This document shows positions 9,814 through 20,500 of a DNA stretch of 45,196 nt, piece by piece. The DNA is from a virus (lineage: Duplodnaviria > Caudoviricetes), in the IMG/VR virus record IMGVR_UViG_3300025018_000029, positions 1-45,196 of that record. The stretch is one strand, 5' to 3'. Numbering within the stretch: the first letter of the stretch is position 1; the number at the start of each line of letters is the position of its first letter. Both the position numbers and the translations under genes were made by a program. The notes below the pieces were generated by a model, which did no database searches, was not told where the DNA came from, and saw only the letters and a program-made list of their open reading frames with translations.

Positions 9814-9842
9814 AAGCAGGGACCTAACGGCCCCTGCTTTTT
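9814..9842 (+). terminator. Intrinsic terminator after the capsid gene (T-phi equivalent)
   Basis: Stem AAGCAGGG...CCCTGCTT followed by a T run. Confidence 0.85.
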
Positions 9843-9849
9843 CAATGCT

Positions 9850-9862
9850 GCCACATGACACA
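9850..9862 (+). promoter_or_regulatory. Copy of dispersed motif GCCACWYGRCACA (other copies at 23071, 28532, 28907, 29823, 29900, 35891, 44726; variants at 28308, 31095, 36240; minus-strand variants at 28325, 32998)
   Basis: Near-identical 13-mers read directly, mostly intergenic or on start codons; operator versus promoter role unresolved. Confidence 0.75.
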
Positions 9863-9875
9863 CTAAGGTATTCTC

Positions 9876-10469
9876 ATGGCCATCTCCCTCGACACGCCGG
9901 TTCCACTTACCAAGCTGGACGCGGTGAACGTGGTGCTCCGTGCTCGGGGTATTTCGCCTACTGGTGCCCTTGGTGAAGGCGCCCGCCCGACTGCCCGTGA
10001 GGCCGAGGACACGCTCGGTACTGCCCTTCTGGGTGTGCTTACGGGCGACTGGCACTTCAACAAGCAGCAGCGCCTCACGCTGACACCAGACGCCAACAAA
10101 GAGATTGGCCTTCCAGTCAACCTCCTGAGCTTCGTCCCCACCTACGTCTCCATGGACCGCTCCCTGACACAGAACGGCACACGGCTGTTCGACATGGACA
10201 AGGGCAGCTTCAAGTTCGACGGCCCGGTCCACCTGGAGGCCACCTTCGGGATGGGCTTCGAGGAACTCCCACAGCCGATCCGCTGGTACGTGGCCCTCTA
10301 TGCTGCCTTCCAGTACGCCAACCAGCAGACGCCCGGTGACGCCTCCATGCGTCCCTCCGCCGAGCAGCTCGCAGCCGCGCACAGTATTGCGCAGTCGTTC
10401 GACGCCAAGCTCAGGCCGCGCAACCTGAGGCGCAACCCACACTTCCAGAGGATGAGAAGGAACCGTTAA
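9876..10469 (+). CDS. Tail tubular protein A (gp11-like)
   Basis: TKLDAVNVVL, WHFN, FEELPQPIRWYV motifs; synteny. Confidence 0.92.
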   Translation: MAISLDTPVPLTKLDAVNVVLRARGISPTGALGEGARPTAREAEDTLGTALLGVLTGDWHFNKQQRLTLTPDANKEIGLPVNLLSFVPTYVSMDRSLTQNGTRLFDMDKGSFKFDGPVHLEATFGMGFEELPQPIRWYVALYAAFQYANQQTPGDASMRPSAEQLAAAHSIAQSFDAKLRPRNLRRNPHFQRMRRNR

Positions 10470-12865
10470 TGGGAACCAGCTTCGAGAAGCTCAGTGTCGC
10501 TTCCCTCATCCAAGGTATCAGCCAGCAGTCCGACCAGGCCATCAACCAAGCCTCCGCCAAGGACCAGAACAACTGTCTCAATGACCTGCTCAACGGCGCC
10601 CGCGCACGGAATGGCTCCAAGGTCATCTCCACGATTGCCAAGAGCTGGGACGAACCTTTCCAGCACCGCATCACCCGCTCCGCCACCGAGGACTACCTTG
10701 TGGTGGTCGAGGATGGGGACCTGCGCATCTACAACTTGGTGACCGGCACACCCGCTACCATCACGGGCGACATCTCGGCGTACCTAACGTCCACCCTCCC
10801 GGCGTTCCGGAGCTATGCGGCGGCCACCGTGGAAGACGTGACGTTCCTGGCCAACCGCCGCGTCAAGCCGGCCATGTCCGCAACCAAGAGCCCCGCACGA
10901 TCCAACCACGCACTGGCGCACTTCAAGTCGGCCAACTACTCGACGGCCTACCGGATGAGCGTTCAGATCGGCGGCACCACATGGAGCGTGGCGTACACCA
11001 CCCCCGACAACTCCTCCTCGGCCAACGCTGCGTTCATCGCCACGAACCGCTTGGCGCAAGAGTTCAAGGATGTCTTCGAGTCCACGCTTATCCCGACACT
11101 GACGGCAGCCGGCTATCCGGGCTTCGCCATTGAGCGGCGCGGCAGCTCCCTCCTCATCTTTGGTGGTACGGCGGACTTCCGTGTGTGGACCGAGGATGGT
11201 CTGGGTGGCCAGCAGTTCATCGCCTTCAAGGATCGCGTCCGCGACCTCGGGGACCTCCCTACAGTTGCTTGGGAAGGATACCTGGTGGCGGTCAGCAATG
11301 AGGACGTGACGCTCGCCCATGACTACTTCTTGGAATACCAAGGGGGCGCTCAGGACGGCCAGTGGGTGGAGGTCATAGCGGCGGACACCGCCACCACCAT
11401 CAACCCGGCTACCATGCCCCAGGTCATCACCAACACGGGCCTGAACACCTTCACTGTGGGCCCCACGACTTGGGGTGAGCGGCTTGCGGGGGATGGCATC
11501 AAGTCCTCCAAGGACCCCTACTTCATCGGCTCCTACATCGTGGACCTCCAGTTCATCGACGCTCGGTTGGCCGTGGTGGGGGATGGTTGGTATGGGTTGA
11601 GCCGTTCCGGCAACGCCTATTCCTTCTTCCCAGACACAGTGCAGACCCGGCTCGACACGGCGCCAATCCACTACCGCATCACCACCGGCAAGGTGACCCT
11701 CGTGAAGTCCTCTGTGGTGGCCGGCGAGAGCCTCCAGTTCTGGTCCGACCGGGCGCAGATACGTCTGTCCTCTGGGCAGGAGAACATCCGCGAGGATACC
11801 GTCGAGAACAAGCCAATCACGACCTACGAGTACGATGGCGTCTTGCGGCCGGAGCCTGTAGGTCAGTCCTCCCTGCTGTTCGGAACCTCAAGGGGTCTCT
11901 GGAACAACTTCACGGAGGTCCAGTACGATGGCCCAAGGCCGGCTGGGGAAATCAACATCACGGGCCACTGTCCGAACCTGATTGGCGGCCTCCTGCGTCA
12001 GCTTGAGGTCAGCGACTCATCGTCCATGGCGGCGGTCATCTCCGGGGCACTCCCCAATGGCTTCTTCCTCTACCAGTGGTTCAACAGTGGCAATCAGAGG
12101 GTCCAGTCGGCATGGAACCGCTGGACGTTCCCCTCGGTGGACAAGGTGCTCTGGGTGGGCATGGCCGGCTCCAAGGTCTACCTCCTCCTCTCTTGGCCAA
12201 GTGGTGTCAGCACCATTGAGGTCATCGAGACGGAATACGAGGGCGACGAGGGAGAGTATGTCCCACTCCGAGCCGACCACCGGGTGGACGAAACCTTCAT
12301 CTCCGCCGCTGGGTCTGACCATCATGTCGTCACCCTGCCCTACTCGGTGCCGGCCTCCAAGCGTGGGCAGTTCGTTGCCTATTCCCGGCAGGACATTGCG
12401 GAGACCGGGGAGCAGCGTGGGGACAACCTGGAGCTGGAATGGCTCACGGACACCACCCTCAAGGTGTTCTCTGACGTGGCCTCCCCCAAGTTCTGGGTTG
12501 GAGCCATACCCGTGGCCAACCGCATCCCGCCCAAGCCCTACCTGACGAACTCCGAGGGCGCGGCGCTTCTGGTGGATGACATGAAAATTGTGTCCGTCCG
12601 GGTGTCCCATACCAAGACCACCACCTACCGCTTCATCGCCCGGTCAACGGACGGTGTGGAACTGCCAGATGAGTACTCGGCGCGGCAGATCGGGGACCCC
12701 AGCATCACCAACAACAAGGTCCCTGTCTCAAGCTCAGGCGAGGAGACGTTCGACGTTGGGCTTGCCGTTGAGGAGGTCGAGCTGGAGATGATTAACGACA
12801 CCATCTTCCCGTCCTCGTGGGACTCCCTCCAGTACCGCCTCCAAGTCACAACGAGGAGCGGATGA
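10469..12865 (+). CDS. Tail tubular protein B (gp12-like)
   Basis: LIQGISQQ N-terminus, TMPQVI, RVQSAWNRW; 798 aa. Confidence 0.95.
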   Translation: MGTSFEKLSVASLIQGISQQSDQAINQASAKDQNNCLNDLLNGARARNGSKVISTIAKSWDEPFQHRITRSATEDYLVVVEDGDLRIYNLVTGTPATITGDISAYLTSTLPAFRSYAAATVEDVTFLANRRVKPAMSATKSPARSNHALAHFKSANYSTAYRMSVQIGGTTWSVAYTTPDNSSSANAAFIATNRLAQEFKDVFESTLIPTLTAAGYPGFAIERRGSSLLIFGGTADFRVWTEDGLGGQQFIAFKDRVRDLGDLPTVAWEGYLVAVSNEDVTLAHDYFLEYQGGAQDGQWVEVIAADTATTINPATMPQVITNTGLNTFTVGPTTWGERLAGDGIKSSKDPYFIGSYIVDLQFIDARLAVVGDGWYGLSRSGNAYSFFPDTVQTRLDTAPIHYRITTGKVTLVKSSVVAGESLQFWSDRAQIRLSSGQENIREDTVENKPITTYEYDGVLRPEPVGQSSLLFGTSRGLWNNFTEVQYDGPRPAGEINITGHCPNLIGGLLRQLEVSDSSSMAAVISGALPNGFFLYQWFNSGNQRVQSAWNRWTFPSVDKVLWVGMAGSKVYLLLSWPSGVSTIEVIETEYEGDEGEYVPLRADHRVDETFISAAGSDHHVVTLPYSVPASKRGQFVAYSRQDIAETGEQRGDNLELEWLTDTTLKVFSDVASPKFWVGAIPVANRIPPKPYLTNSEGAALLVDDMKIVSVRVSHTKTTTYRFIARSTDGVELPDEYSARQIGDPSITNNKVPVSSSGEETFDVGLAVEEVELEMINDTIFPSSWDSLQYRLQVTTRSG

Positions 12866-13296
12866 TGGAAGTCCGCGTCCCCACCATAAGTGACGTTGAG
12901 GCGGTGCTCAGAGACGTGCGCTTCGCTGACATGGCCGAGTGGTATGCCGGCACGGGGTCCTTGATGCCTTCCACCATGGACCGGGCTATCCGGGGATCAG
13001 ACCTCGTGTTGACCTTGGTGGAGGACGGCAAGCCTCTCCTCCTGTGGGGCAGTGATGCCGATGGGAGACTCTGGATGGTGGCCACTAACGCTGCCGTACC
13101 AAGGTCCATCCCGATACACCGCAAGCTCATGCCCCATCTGGACGAGCTGGTTGGAATGTATGGCGGCGTCTTCTGCTTCGCGGACCTCCGCAACAAGGTC
13201 CACCTCAGGTGGCTCCGGTGGATGGGCTTCGAGGAGCTGGCCACCATTGAGCTAGGGCCCTTCGACCTGCCCTTCACCACTTTCATCAAGGAGTAG
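12865..13296 (+). CDS. Internal virion protein A (gp13-like)
   Basis: NKVHLRWLRWMGF motif; synteny. Confidence 0.85.
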   Translation: MEVRVPTISDVEAVLRDVRFADMAEWYAGTGSLMPSTMDRAIRGSDLVLTLVEDGKPLLLWGSDADGRLWMVATNAAVPRSIPIHRKLMPHLDELVGMYGGVFCFADLRNKVHLRWLRWMGFEELATIELGPFDLPFTTFIKE

Positions 13297-13300
13297 CACC

Positions 13301-13792
13301 GTGTGCTTCCCAGGCGCGACTGCCATTATCAGCGTCCTTTCGAGCGTGGTGTCCTTTGGTGCCGCCCAAGAGGACTACAACAACAAGGCCACCCAGTGGC
13401 GGCAGAACTACACCAACTCCCTAGCCTCAGGCCGTGACGAACAGCGCCAGCTCTCCCTGCGTATGCTTCAGGAGGACGACGCCTTCGTGGATGGCCAGCA
13501 GCAGAACAACATTGAGGGCGCCGAGGCGCTGGCTGCGGGTGAGGTCTCCGGAAACAGTGCGGGGGTGAGTGGCATCTCCCTTGGCAACATCCTCGGCGGG
13601 ATGCGCTTCAAGCTGGCTCAGAAGGCACAGAACGAGAAGACCAATTACAACGCCAAGGTGGCCCAGCTCACGACCGAGATGGAGGCCACCAACACCACAA
13701 TCCAGAACCGCATCGGCTCGGTGCAGCGACCAACCGCCCCTAATCCCCTTGGGTACATCCTTCAGGGCATTGGCGGCGCACTCAAAGCCTAG
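13301..13792 (+). CDS. Internal virion protein B (gp14-like ejection protein)
   Basis: MCF start, hydrophobic N-terminus, AGVSGIS motif; synteny. Confidence 0.8.
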   Translation: MCFPGATAIISVLSSVVSFGAAQEDYNNKATQWRQNYTNSLASGRDEQRQLSLRMLQEDDAFVDGQQQNNIEGAEALAAGEVSGNSAGVSGISLGNILGGMRFKLAQKAQNEKTNYNAKVAQLTTEMEATNTTIQNRIGSVQRPTAPNPLGYILQGIGGALKA

Positions 13793-13800
13793 AGGAACCC

Positions 13801-16800
13801 ATGGCCCGTACATCCACGCCCCGCATCGCTCGCCCTACTCCTCTCCAGCCGGTAGCCACTCCGGTCAACACCTACGTCCGCCCACCTGAAGCCGCCCCCT
13901 CATCGCTCCATGAACTGGCAGCAGGACTTGCAGCGGTCGATACGGGCCTGCGTGGGTGGATGGAGAAGCGTAACGCCGAGCAGGCAAAGGCCGACGCCGT
14001 GCGGGGTGAGGCCGCCTTCAATCGGGGCAACCAGACGGGCTGGGCTGCGGGTGTCTCAAATGGCACCATTCCGGCCAACGCCTCTCCGGTCTTCATGGAG
14101 TCCTACAAGAGGACCGAGGGGAACTTCAAGGGCATCAAGATGCGGGAGTCGTTCTCACAGGCCTATACCATGTGGGATGGCCGGGACTCAGACGACCCAG
14201 AGGCCTTCCAGACATTCCTCTCCGACTTCATCGCCTCCAATGTGGACACGGATGATGTGGAGGTCCTCGCCGGCTTCAATCCCCACGTCGAGCTGCTGAC
14301 CGAGCAGGCCTACCAGACGCACACCGCCGAACGATCCAAGACGGTCTACAACGGCCACGTCAACACTCGGGCGGCCATCATCGGGGACACCATCGACCAC
14401 GCCTCCATTCAGGGCGTCTCGGAGGGTGAGGGGACCGACTACGGGCTGGTCATGGAGGACATCCTTCAGCAGCGCGACGAGGCGTTGGCGTCGGGTATCC
14501 GCATGGAGGACTTCGATAAGGAGCTGGCCGCCACGATTGCCTCCAAGGCGATTGAGCACGGCGACCCTTACCTGTTGGAACTCCTAGACCAGCAGCTCCC
14601 CGGCTACGATGTGAAGTTCTCCTCGCTCCCGGCCTATCGGGACTTGAAGGCGACCACCGTGGCGGCCCTTGAGGTCGAGGCCCGGCGCCAGATGACCCAA
14701 CAGACCGCCATCGACAAGGCAGCCGATGAGGAGGCCGAGGGCAAGATCGTCTCCACCGTGTTCCAGCACCTCTCGGAGACCCCTCTGGTAGCGGTGCCCG
14801 AGGATGTCATCAAGGCGTGGGAGCGCTACGACCCTGAGGCCCGCAAGAAGCTGGCCGACGCTCGCAGGACCTTCATGGATGAGAACACCCTTGAGGACCC
14901 AGCGGACCTGATGCTGGTCGAGCGGATGATCCAAGATGGTGCCGGCCCGAGGGACATCCTCGACCTGGTGGCCAGTGGTGTGATCCGGAACCCAACCACC
15001 TTCAGGACCATGCTGGACCGCGCAGAGAAGCGCCAGAGCGTGGGCAACGATGTGCTGGGCTCCCAGACAGCTCGACGGTTCACCACCACCATCAAGGAAC
15101 GGACAACGCCAGACGATGTGGGCGCCATGTTCGCACCAGACGGCCTGACCGATGAGGGTCTGGAAGCCACCAAGGACTTCGAGGGCATGGTGATCGACTG
15201 GGTGCTGGCCAATCCGGAGGCCACCATCTACGACCGCGAGAAGTTCATCTATGAGGCCGGCGAGCTGGTCCTCAAGCGGATCGACCGGGACAGTGACTCG
15301 GCTGACCCACAGTACATCTCCGAGACGGATGCCCAGCAGATGCGGGCTGAAGAGGCGGCCACCCAGAAGGGCCTTGTGGAGGAACTGTCCACTCTGGCTC
15401 AGGACATCTCGTCGCCACCACCTCCACCAGCATTACCCGCACAGGGCAGCGCCGTGGACATCACACCCGCCGCAACTGCTGGTAGGGAGTTCGGTGCCCA
15501 GGTCATACGGCCCAACTACGCGGAGACCACCCAGAACCTCTACGGTGGGGACTCTCCTCCGGACCTGAACACCATGGATGAGGCATCGCGCTCCACCCTT
15601 GAGAAGCGGGCCGAGGGGATGGGCCTGACCTTGGAGGAGTACAATACGGAAATCTGGAAGACGGTGCGTGAGGGGATGGGGCTGAGTACAGACTACACTC
15701 CACCCGCCCCCATCACGGTCGGACCGACTTCCCAAGGGCCATTACCTGGAGCCAAGAGTCCGGAGGCTGCCAGCACGGCACTATCGTACTTCCAGGCCAA
15801 CCCTACGGCAGTTCGTCTGGACCCCTCGAAGATAAGGGACCACACGCCAAAGACTTCGGGCAATTGGAACTTCGGCAAACTCACCCGGCCATCCGCATTG
15901 GTAGTACACCACACGGCCGGGCGCGGTGGGGTTGAGGGGGTGATCCAGACCTTCAAGGACCGTAACTTCCCGGCGCACTTTGTGATCGACCGAGAGGGTA
16001 CGATCCACCGTATTCTGGCTGACGACCAGAAGGGCCAGCACACGCGGCCGGCACAGGATGGGTCTGACATCTCCAACTCTAACTCTTGGGGTGTGGAGGT
16101 CATCGCCAATGACGACTCTGACCTTACGCCCGAGCAGGTTCAGGCCTCCGTCCAGTTGGCCCACTACCTCCACGACAACTACCAGATGCCTCTCGACCGC
16201 GTGGTGGGTCACGGTCAAATCAACGACCACAAGCAGGAGACCGAGGGCGCAACAGTGCTCGCCGTTTTGGCGAACCTCGGAGCCGCCGGTGGAGGGAGCC
16301 CTACCCTCTCCGCCCCATCGCAGCCTGGAAATACGACCGAGAACCTCTTGGCGTTCATCTCTGATGAGGAGGGGACCCGACAGGACTACAATGTCACCCA
16401 CGGATACGGGAAGTACACGGGTGGTGATGTCGAACTGACCTCCATGTCCATCAACCAGGTGTTGGAGCTTCAGGGGACCATGAAGGCCAACGGTAGCTCT
16501 GGTGCGGCCGGCAAGTATCAGGTTCTTCCAGGTACCTTGAGGGACGCCATGGCGGCTCTCCGGTTGGACGGCTCAGAGCCATACGACCAGCGCACACAGG
16601 ACGCCATAGCAATGTGGCTCCTACAGAGGCGTGGGCTGGAAGACTGGCAGTCGGGGAAGCTCTCAACAAGCGACTTCGTGGACAACCTCTCAAAGGAGTG
16701 GGCGTCACTGGCCGGCTCCAGCGGGAAAGCTAACTACCCCGGCCAAGGTGAGAATGCCTCACTGGACGGACTTCTGGCCGCACTCGGTCAGCCTACCTAA
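13801..16800 (+). CDS. Internal virion protein C (gp15-like) with C-terminal Amidase_2-like and lambda-lysozyme-like (GH104) domains
   Basis: Synteny; LVVHHTAG..AHFVIDREG..NSNSWGVE..VVGH (~15890-16250); EEGT..YN..AAGKYQ..TQD..EWASL (~16340-16790). Confidence 0.85.
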   Translation: MARTSTPRIARPTPLQPVATPVNTYVRPPEAAPSSLHELAAGLAAVDTGLRGWMEKRNAEQAKADAVRGEAAFNRGNQTGWAAGVSNGTIPANASPVFMESYKRTEGNFKGIKMRESFSQAYTMWDGRDSDDPEAFQTFLSDFIASNVDTDDVEVLAGFNPHVELLTEQAYQTHTAERSKTVYNGHVNTRAAIIGDTIDHASIQGVSEGEGTDYGLVMEDILQQRDEALASGIRMEDFDKELAATIASKAIEHGDPYLLELLDQQLPGYDVKFSSLPAYRDLKATTVAALEVEARRQMTQQTAIDKAADEEAEGKIVSTVFQHLSETPLVAVPEDVIKAWERYDPEARKKLADARRTFMDENTLEDPADLMLVERMIQDGAGPRDILDLVASGVIRNPTTFRTMLDRAEKRQSVGNDVLGSQTARRFTTTIKERTTPDDVGAMFAPDGLTDEGLEATKDFEGMVIDWVLANPEATIYDREKFIYEAGELVLKRIDRDSDSADPQYISETDAQQMRAEEAATQKGLVEELSTLAQDISSPPPPPALPAQGSAVDITPAATAGREFGAQVIRPNYAETTQNLYGGDSPPDLNTMDEASRSTLEKRAEGMGLTLEEYNTEIWKTVREGMGLSTDYTPPAPITVGPTSQGPLPGAKSPEAASTALSYFQANPTAVRLDPSKIRDHTPKTSGNWNFGKLTRPSALVVHHTAGRGGVEGVIQTFKDRNFPAHFVIDREGTIHRILADDQKGQHTRPAQDGSDISNSNSWGVEVIANDDSDLTPEQVQASVQLAHYLHDNYQMPLDRVVGHGQINDHKQETEGATVLAVLANLGAAGGGSPTLSAPSQPGNTTENLLAFISDEEGTRQDYNVTHGYGKYTGGDVELTSMSINQVLELQGTMKANGSSGAAGKYQVLPGTLRDAMAALRLDGSEPYDQRTQDAIAMWLLQRRGLEDWQSGKLSTSDFVDNLSKEWASLAGSSGKANYPGQGENASLDGLLAALGQPT

Positions 16801-16812
16801 AGGAACCACAAC

Positions 16813-17514
16813 ATGAGCCTCTGGACCATCATCCGGGGACTGCTGGGCGATGACCCAGTGGTTCCCGAGCCTATCGTCACGCCTGTACGTCCGACCCCAG
16901 CGCCGCCAGCCCCCAAGCCGGCCCCAGTGCCAGTCCCCGTGCCAACTCCAAGTCCTGCCCCAACGGCTGGCACTGGTTGGCGCTACGCCCTGAAGCCCAT
17001 CTTCGACCTTCTCGGCCACACCGAGGGGACCGACAAGCGGCTGGGATACAACGAGTCCCTCGCCTATGGGGCCCTAACGGGTGGCGACAAGAACCTGGTG
17101 GGGATGACCCTGCTGGAAATCGACTCCCTGCAAACCCAGATGCTCAACCACCCCAAGAACAAGTGGAACAGCTCTGCCCTCGGCCGCTACCAGATCGTGC
17201 GGACCACCTTGCGGAAGCTCCGGAAGGGGTTCCCTCAGGCGGCCCTGTTCGATGGCGACCTCCAGGATGTCTTCGCCGCCAAGCTCCTCGTTGGGCGTGG
17301 CCTGCTGGCATGGCTGGCCGGCACCAAGAGCACCGTGGCGTTCGTCAACCAATTGGCCCGTGAATGGGCCTCAATCCCCACCTCAAGCGGCAACGGGTAC
17401 TACTCGGGGCAGCGCGTGGGGGCCACCGTCAGACAGGTCACCGATGCCCTCGCCCAGGTCAAGGCCCGCATGACGGGTGACGTGCTGGCGGACATCAAGA
17501 ACCTGACCACCTAA
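16813..17514 (+). CDS. Lambda-lysozyme-like muramidase/transglycosylase with Pro-rich linker (candidate endolysin)
   Basis: TEGT..GYN..SSALGRYQ..LQD..EWASIP; strong RBS AAAGGA. Confidence 0.85.
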   Translation: MSLWTIIRGLLGDDPVVPEPIVTPVRPTPAPPAPKPAPVPVPVPTPSPAPTAGTGWRYALKPIFDLLGHTEGTDKRLGYNESLAYGALTGGDKNLVGMTLLEIDSLQTQMLNHPKNKWNSSALGRYQIVRTTLRKLRKGFPQAALFDGDLQDVFAAKLLVGRGLLAWLAGTKSTVAFVNQLAREWASIPTSSGNGYYSGQRVGATVRQVTDALAQVKARMTGDVLADIKNLTT

Positions 17515-17525
17515 AGGAACGACAA

Positions 17526-20500
17526 ATGCAGATTGATGAAGCCCTTCTGGGGCAGGTTGACGCTCGCCTTGCGAAACTCCGCCAGCCGGAAGAGGTGCCT
17601 GTTGTCGAACAGGAGGCCCCTGAGGCAGCCGCGATGTCCGTCCCAGAGGAAGACCTCGAAGGGCGCATTGAGGGCACCGAGGACCACTGGACGCGTCAGG
17701 GCCCGGCCGGCATCATCAACTCTGTAGGGTCCGGTATCGTGGACGCGGGGTTCCAGACCAAGGACTTCTTCACGGGTGAGCCCACTGAGGAAGACAAGTC
17801 GTGGTTCCGCCGTGCCCATGAGGCCACCCGGAGCGACCTGAAGGAAACCGGCTGGGTCAATAGCCTCACGGTCGATGTCTCCCAGTTCGTTACCGGGCTG
17901 GTGGGAGCGGGCAAGGTGCTGGGACCCTTCAAGGGTGCCGTCGAAACCACCAAGGCGGGCCGTGTTGGCTTCGAGGTGGCCAAGGGCGCCGTCGCTGGGT
18001 TCTTCGCCATGGACCCCCATGAGGAGCGCCTCTCGAACCTGCTCACCCAGTGGGAGCCCTTGCGCAACCCCGTGACGGAATACCTGGCGGCCTCACCCGA
18101 TGACACCGCCATTGAGGGCCGCGTGAAGAACGCCCTTGAAGGTATCGGCATGGATGTCGCCCTTGTGGGCATCTTCGAGCTGGGTCTCCGGGCCATCCGG
18201 GCTTCCCGCCGTGGAGACACTGCTGGTGCTCAGGCTGCGATGGAGGAGGCGGATGTCCTCCAGGCCAAGTACGACGCGGACCAAGCTGCACGGGAGGCCA
18301 TAGAGGGCACCGCCGAGGCCGTGGACGATATGCTGGACGCAGCGCCGGGCGCCAAGGTGGCCGACGACATGGAAGTCCCCACGGGTGAGCGCGGCACGGT
18401 CGACATCTCGGTGGGCGACATCACGCCGGCCGCCAAGGGTGACATCGAGCCAATCCGCTCCGAGGCTTCGGCCATCCCCCTCCGTCCCAAGGACCAGACC
18501 TACAAGCCCACCGTGGAGGTCCCAGCGGATAGTGTTGTACGTCTCGTGGCTACTGCCCGGCATGAGGCCGAGGTGATCGACAGGTTCGGCAGCCGTCAAG
18601 CAGCCCTTGATGCCGGCGAGGCGGTGCCCCGTTCAGAACTCCCTTGGCAGAAGCTCAATGCGACCGAGGATGTGGAGTCGCTCATTGCATCCACCACACG
18701 TTCGATCCAGAGCCAGATGGATGCCGCCAAGGGTGGGTCCGTGCTGACTGACGCCAAGGTCCGCCAGATGATCGACAACGCGGCGCGGCACTTCGGGGCG
18801 GACCCTGAAGTCGTCATGGGGGAAATCTCCAAGTCGGGCGAGGCGGCTACCCACATGGTGGCCGATCTGGAAGCCTCCTTCATCATCTCCCGCAAGCTCT
18901 TCGATGACTCCCATGCGCTGGCCGTGCGTATCAAGGCCGGCATGTTGGACGACTTCGGGGGTGACCCTGCGGCTGCCTACAAGGAGCTGACACGGCGCCT
19001 CACCGCTGCGGCCGACATGATGGCTCAGGGTGCGTCCATGCGGGCTGCTTTCGGTCGTGGCCTTCGTCGGCAACGCGCCCAGTTCGGCATCAAGCCCGAG
19101 GACATCGCCAAGTTCAAGGACCTCCCTCCGGAGCGTCTCGTGGACCTGCTGAACCAGACCGGGGGTGACCCTGCCAAGCTGCGTGAGATGGTCAAGCCAA
19201 GCTGGATGCGGAAGGTGATTGACGAGGGGACCTTCCTCCTCACCAACAACCTCCTGTGGAACTGGACGACCCACGCAGTCAACACCTCGACCAACCTCTA
19301 CATGCTGGCTGCTCGGCCCACCGAGAAGCTCATTGGCGGTATTGCCATGGGTGGGCGTGGGGCAGCGATCCGCAAGCAGGCCATGAAGGAATACGCCTAC
19401 ACGGTGTACTCCGTGGCTGACGCTTGGGCTGGCATGGTGGATGCGTTCCTCAAGTCCGACTCCCCGCTGGCTCCTCACGGCAATGAGTACACCTCAGGGG
19501 CCGGCTCCCGCGTGACGCAGCCACAGCTTGGCTGGAAGCCCATCAAGAGCACCTGGGACCTGTTCTACAACGCGCTCCTCTCCAAGGACATTGGCAAGCT
19601 GGGGCAGGCTGCGGGTACCGCCGCCAAGGGTGCCTATCGTACCGGCGTTGGGATGCCTACTCGGGGTCTGGGCGCAGTGGATGAGTTCGTCCAGCAGCTC
19701 CGTTATCGCTCCGTTGTGCAGGCCCGCGCATCCGTCGAGGGTGTCGAGGCAGGCCTCAAGGGCGATGCCTTGCGGAACCACATCAAGCAGCGGCTCCAGG
19801 ATGCCTTTGATGCCGAGGGTCGGGGGATCGACAACGCCGCACTACTGGAGGCCCGCACGACCACCTTCCAGCAGGACCTCCTTGAGGGAACGCTGGGCAA
19901 GGGCGTCCAGAACTTCCGCCACAACTGGCCGGCAGCGAGCTTCATCCTGCCCTTTGTGAAGACCCCCGTGAACGTGCTCCGCTATGCCACCAAGATGACG
20001 CCCGGCCTGAATGTATTCCAGAAGGAGTACCAGCAGATGCTCGGGGGCAAACTCGGCGCAGAGGCTCAGGCACACGCTATCGGCCAGATGGCCCTTGGCT
20101 CCATGTTCATGGGCGTGGCGGCGAACCTTGCGTTGGGTGAGAAGATCACTGGCTCCGGCCCCACCGATCCAGCTCTCCGGAAGCAGCTCCAAGCCACGGG
20201 ATGGATGCCCTACAGTATCGTCCACGAGGGGGAGGATGGCCACAAGACCTACTTCCCGATTGGGCGCTTCGATCCTGTGGGGATGCCGTTCGGTATGATT
20301 GCCGATCTGGTGGACATGATGGTGACCAATCCGGACAACAAGAAGAGCACGGATGGCATCATGGCAGTGGGCTTGGCGCTCGCCTCTGCGTTCTCCGAGA
20401 AGACCTTCCTGATGAACCTCAACCAGGTGATCCAGGCGATTGCCAATCCGGGGGACGGCGGGGAGAACATCGCCAAGTATATGGGCAACCTCTCGGCCAA

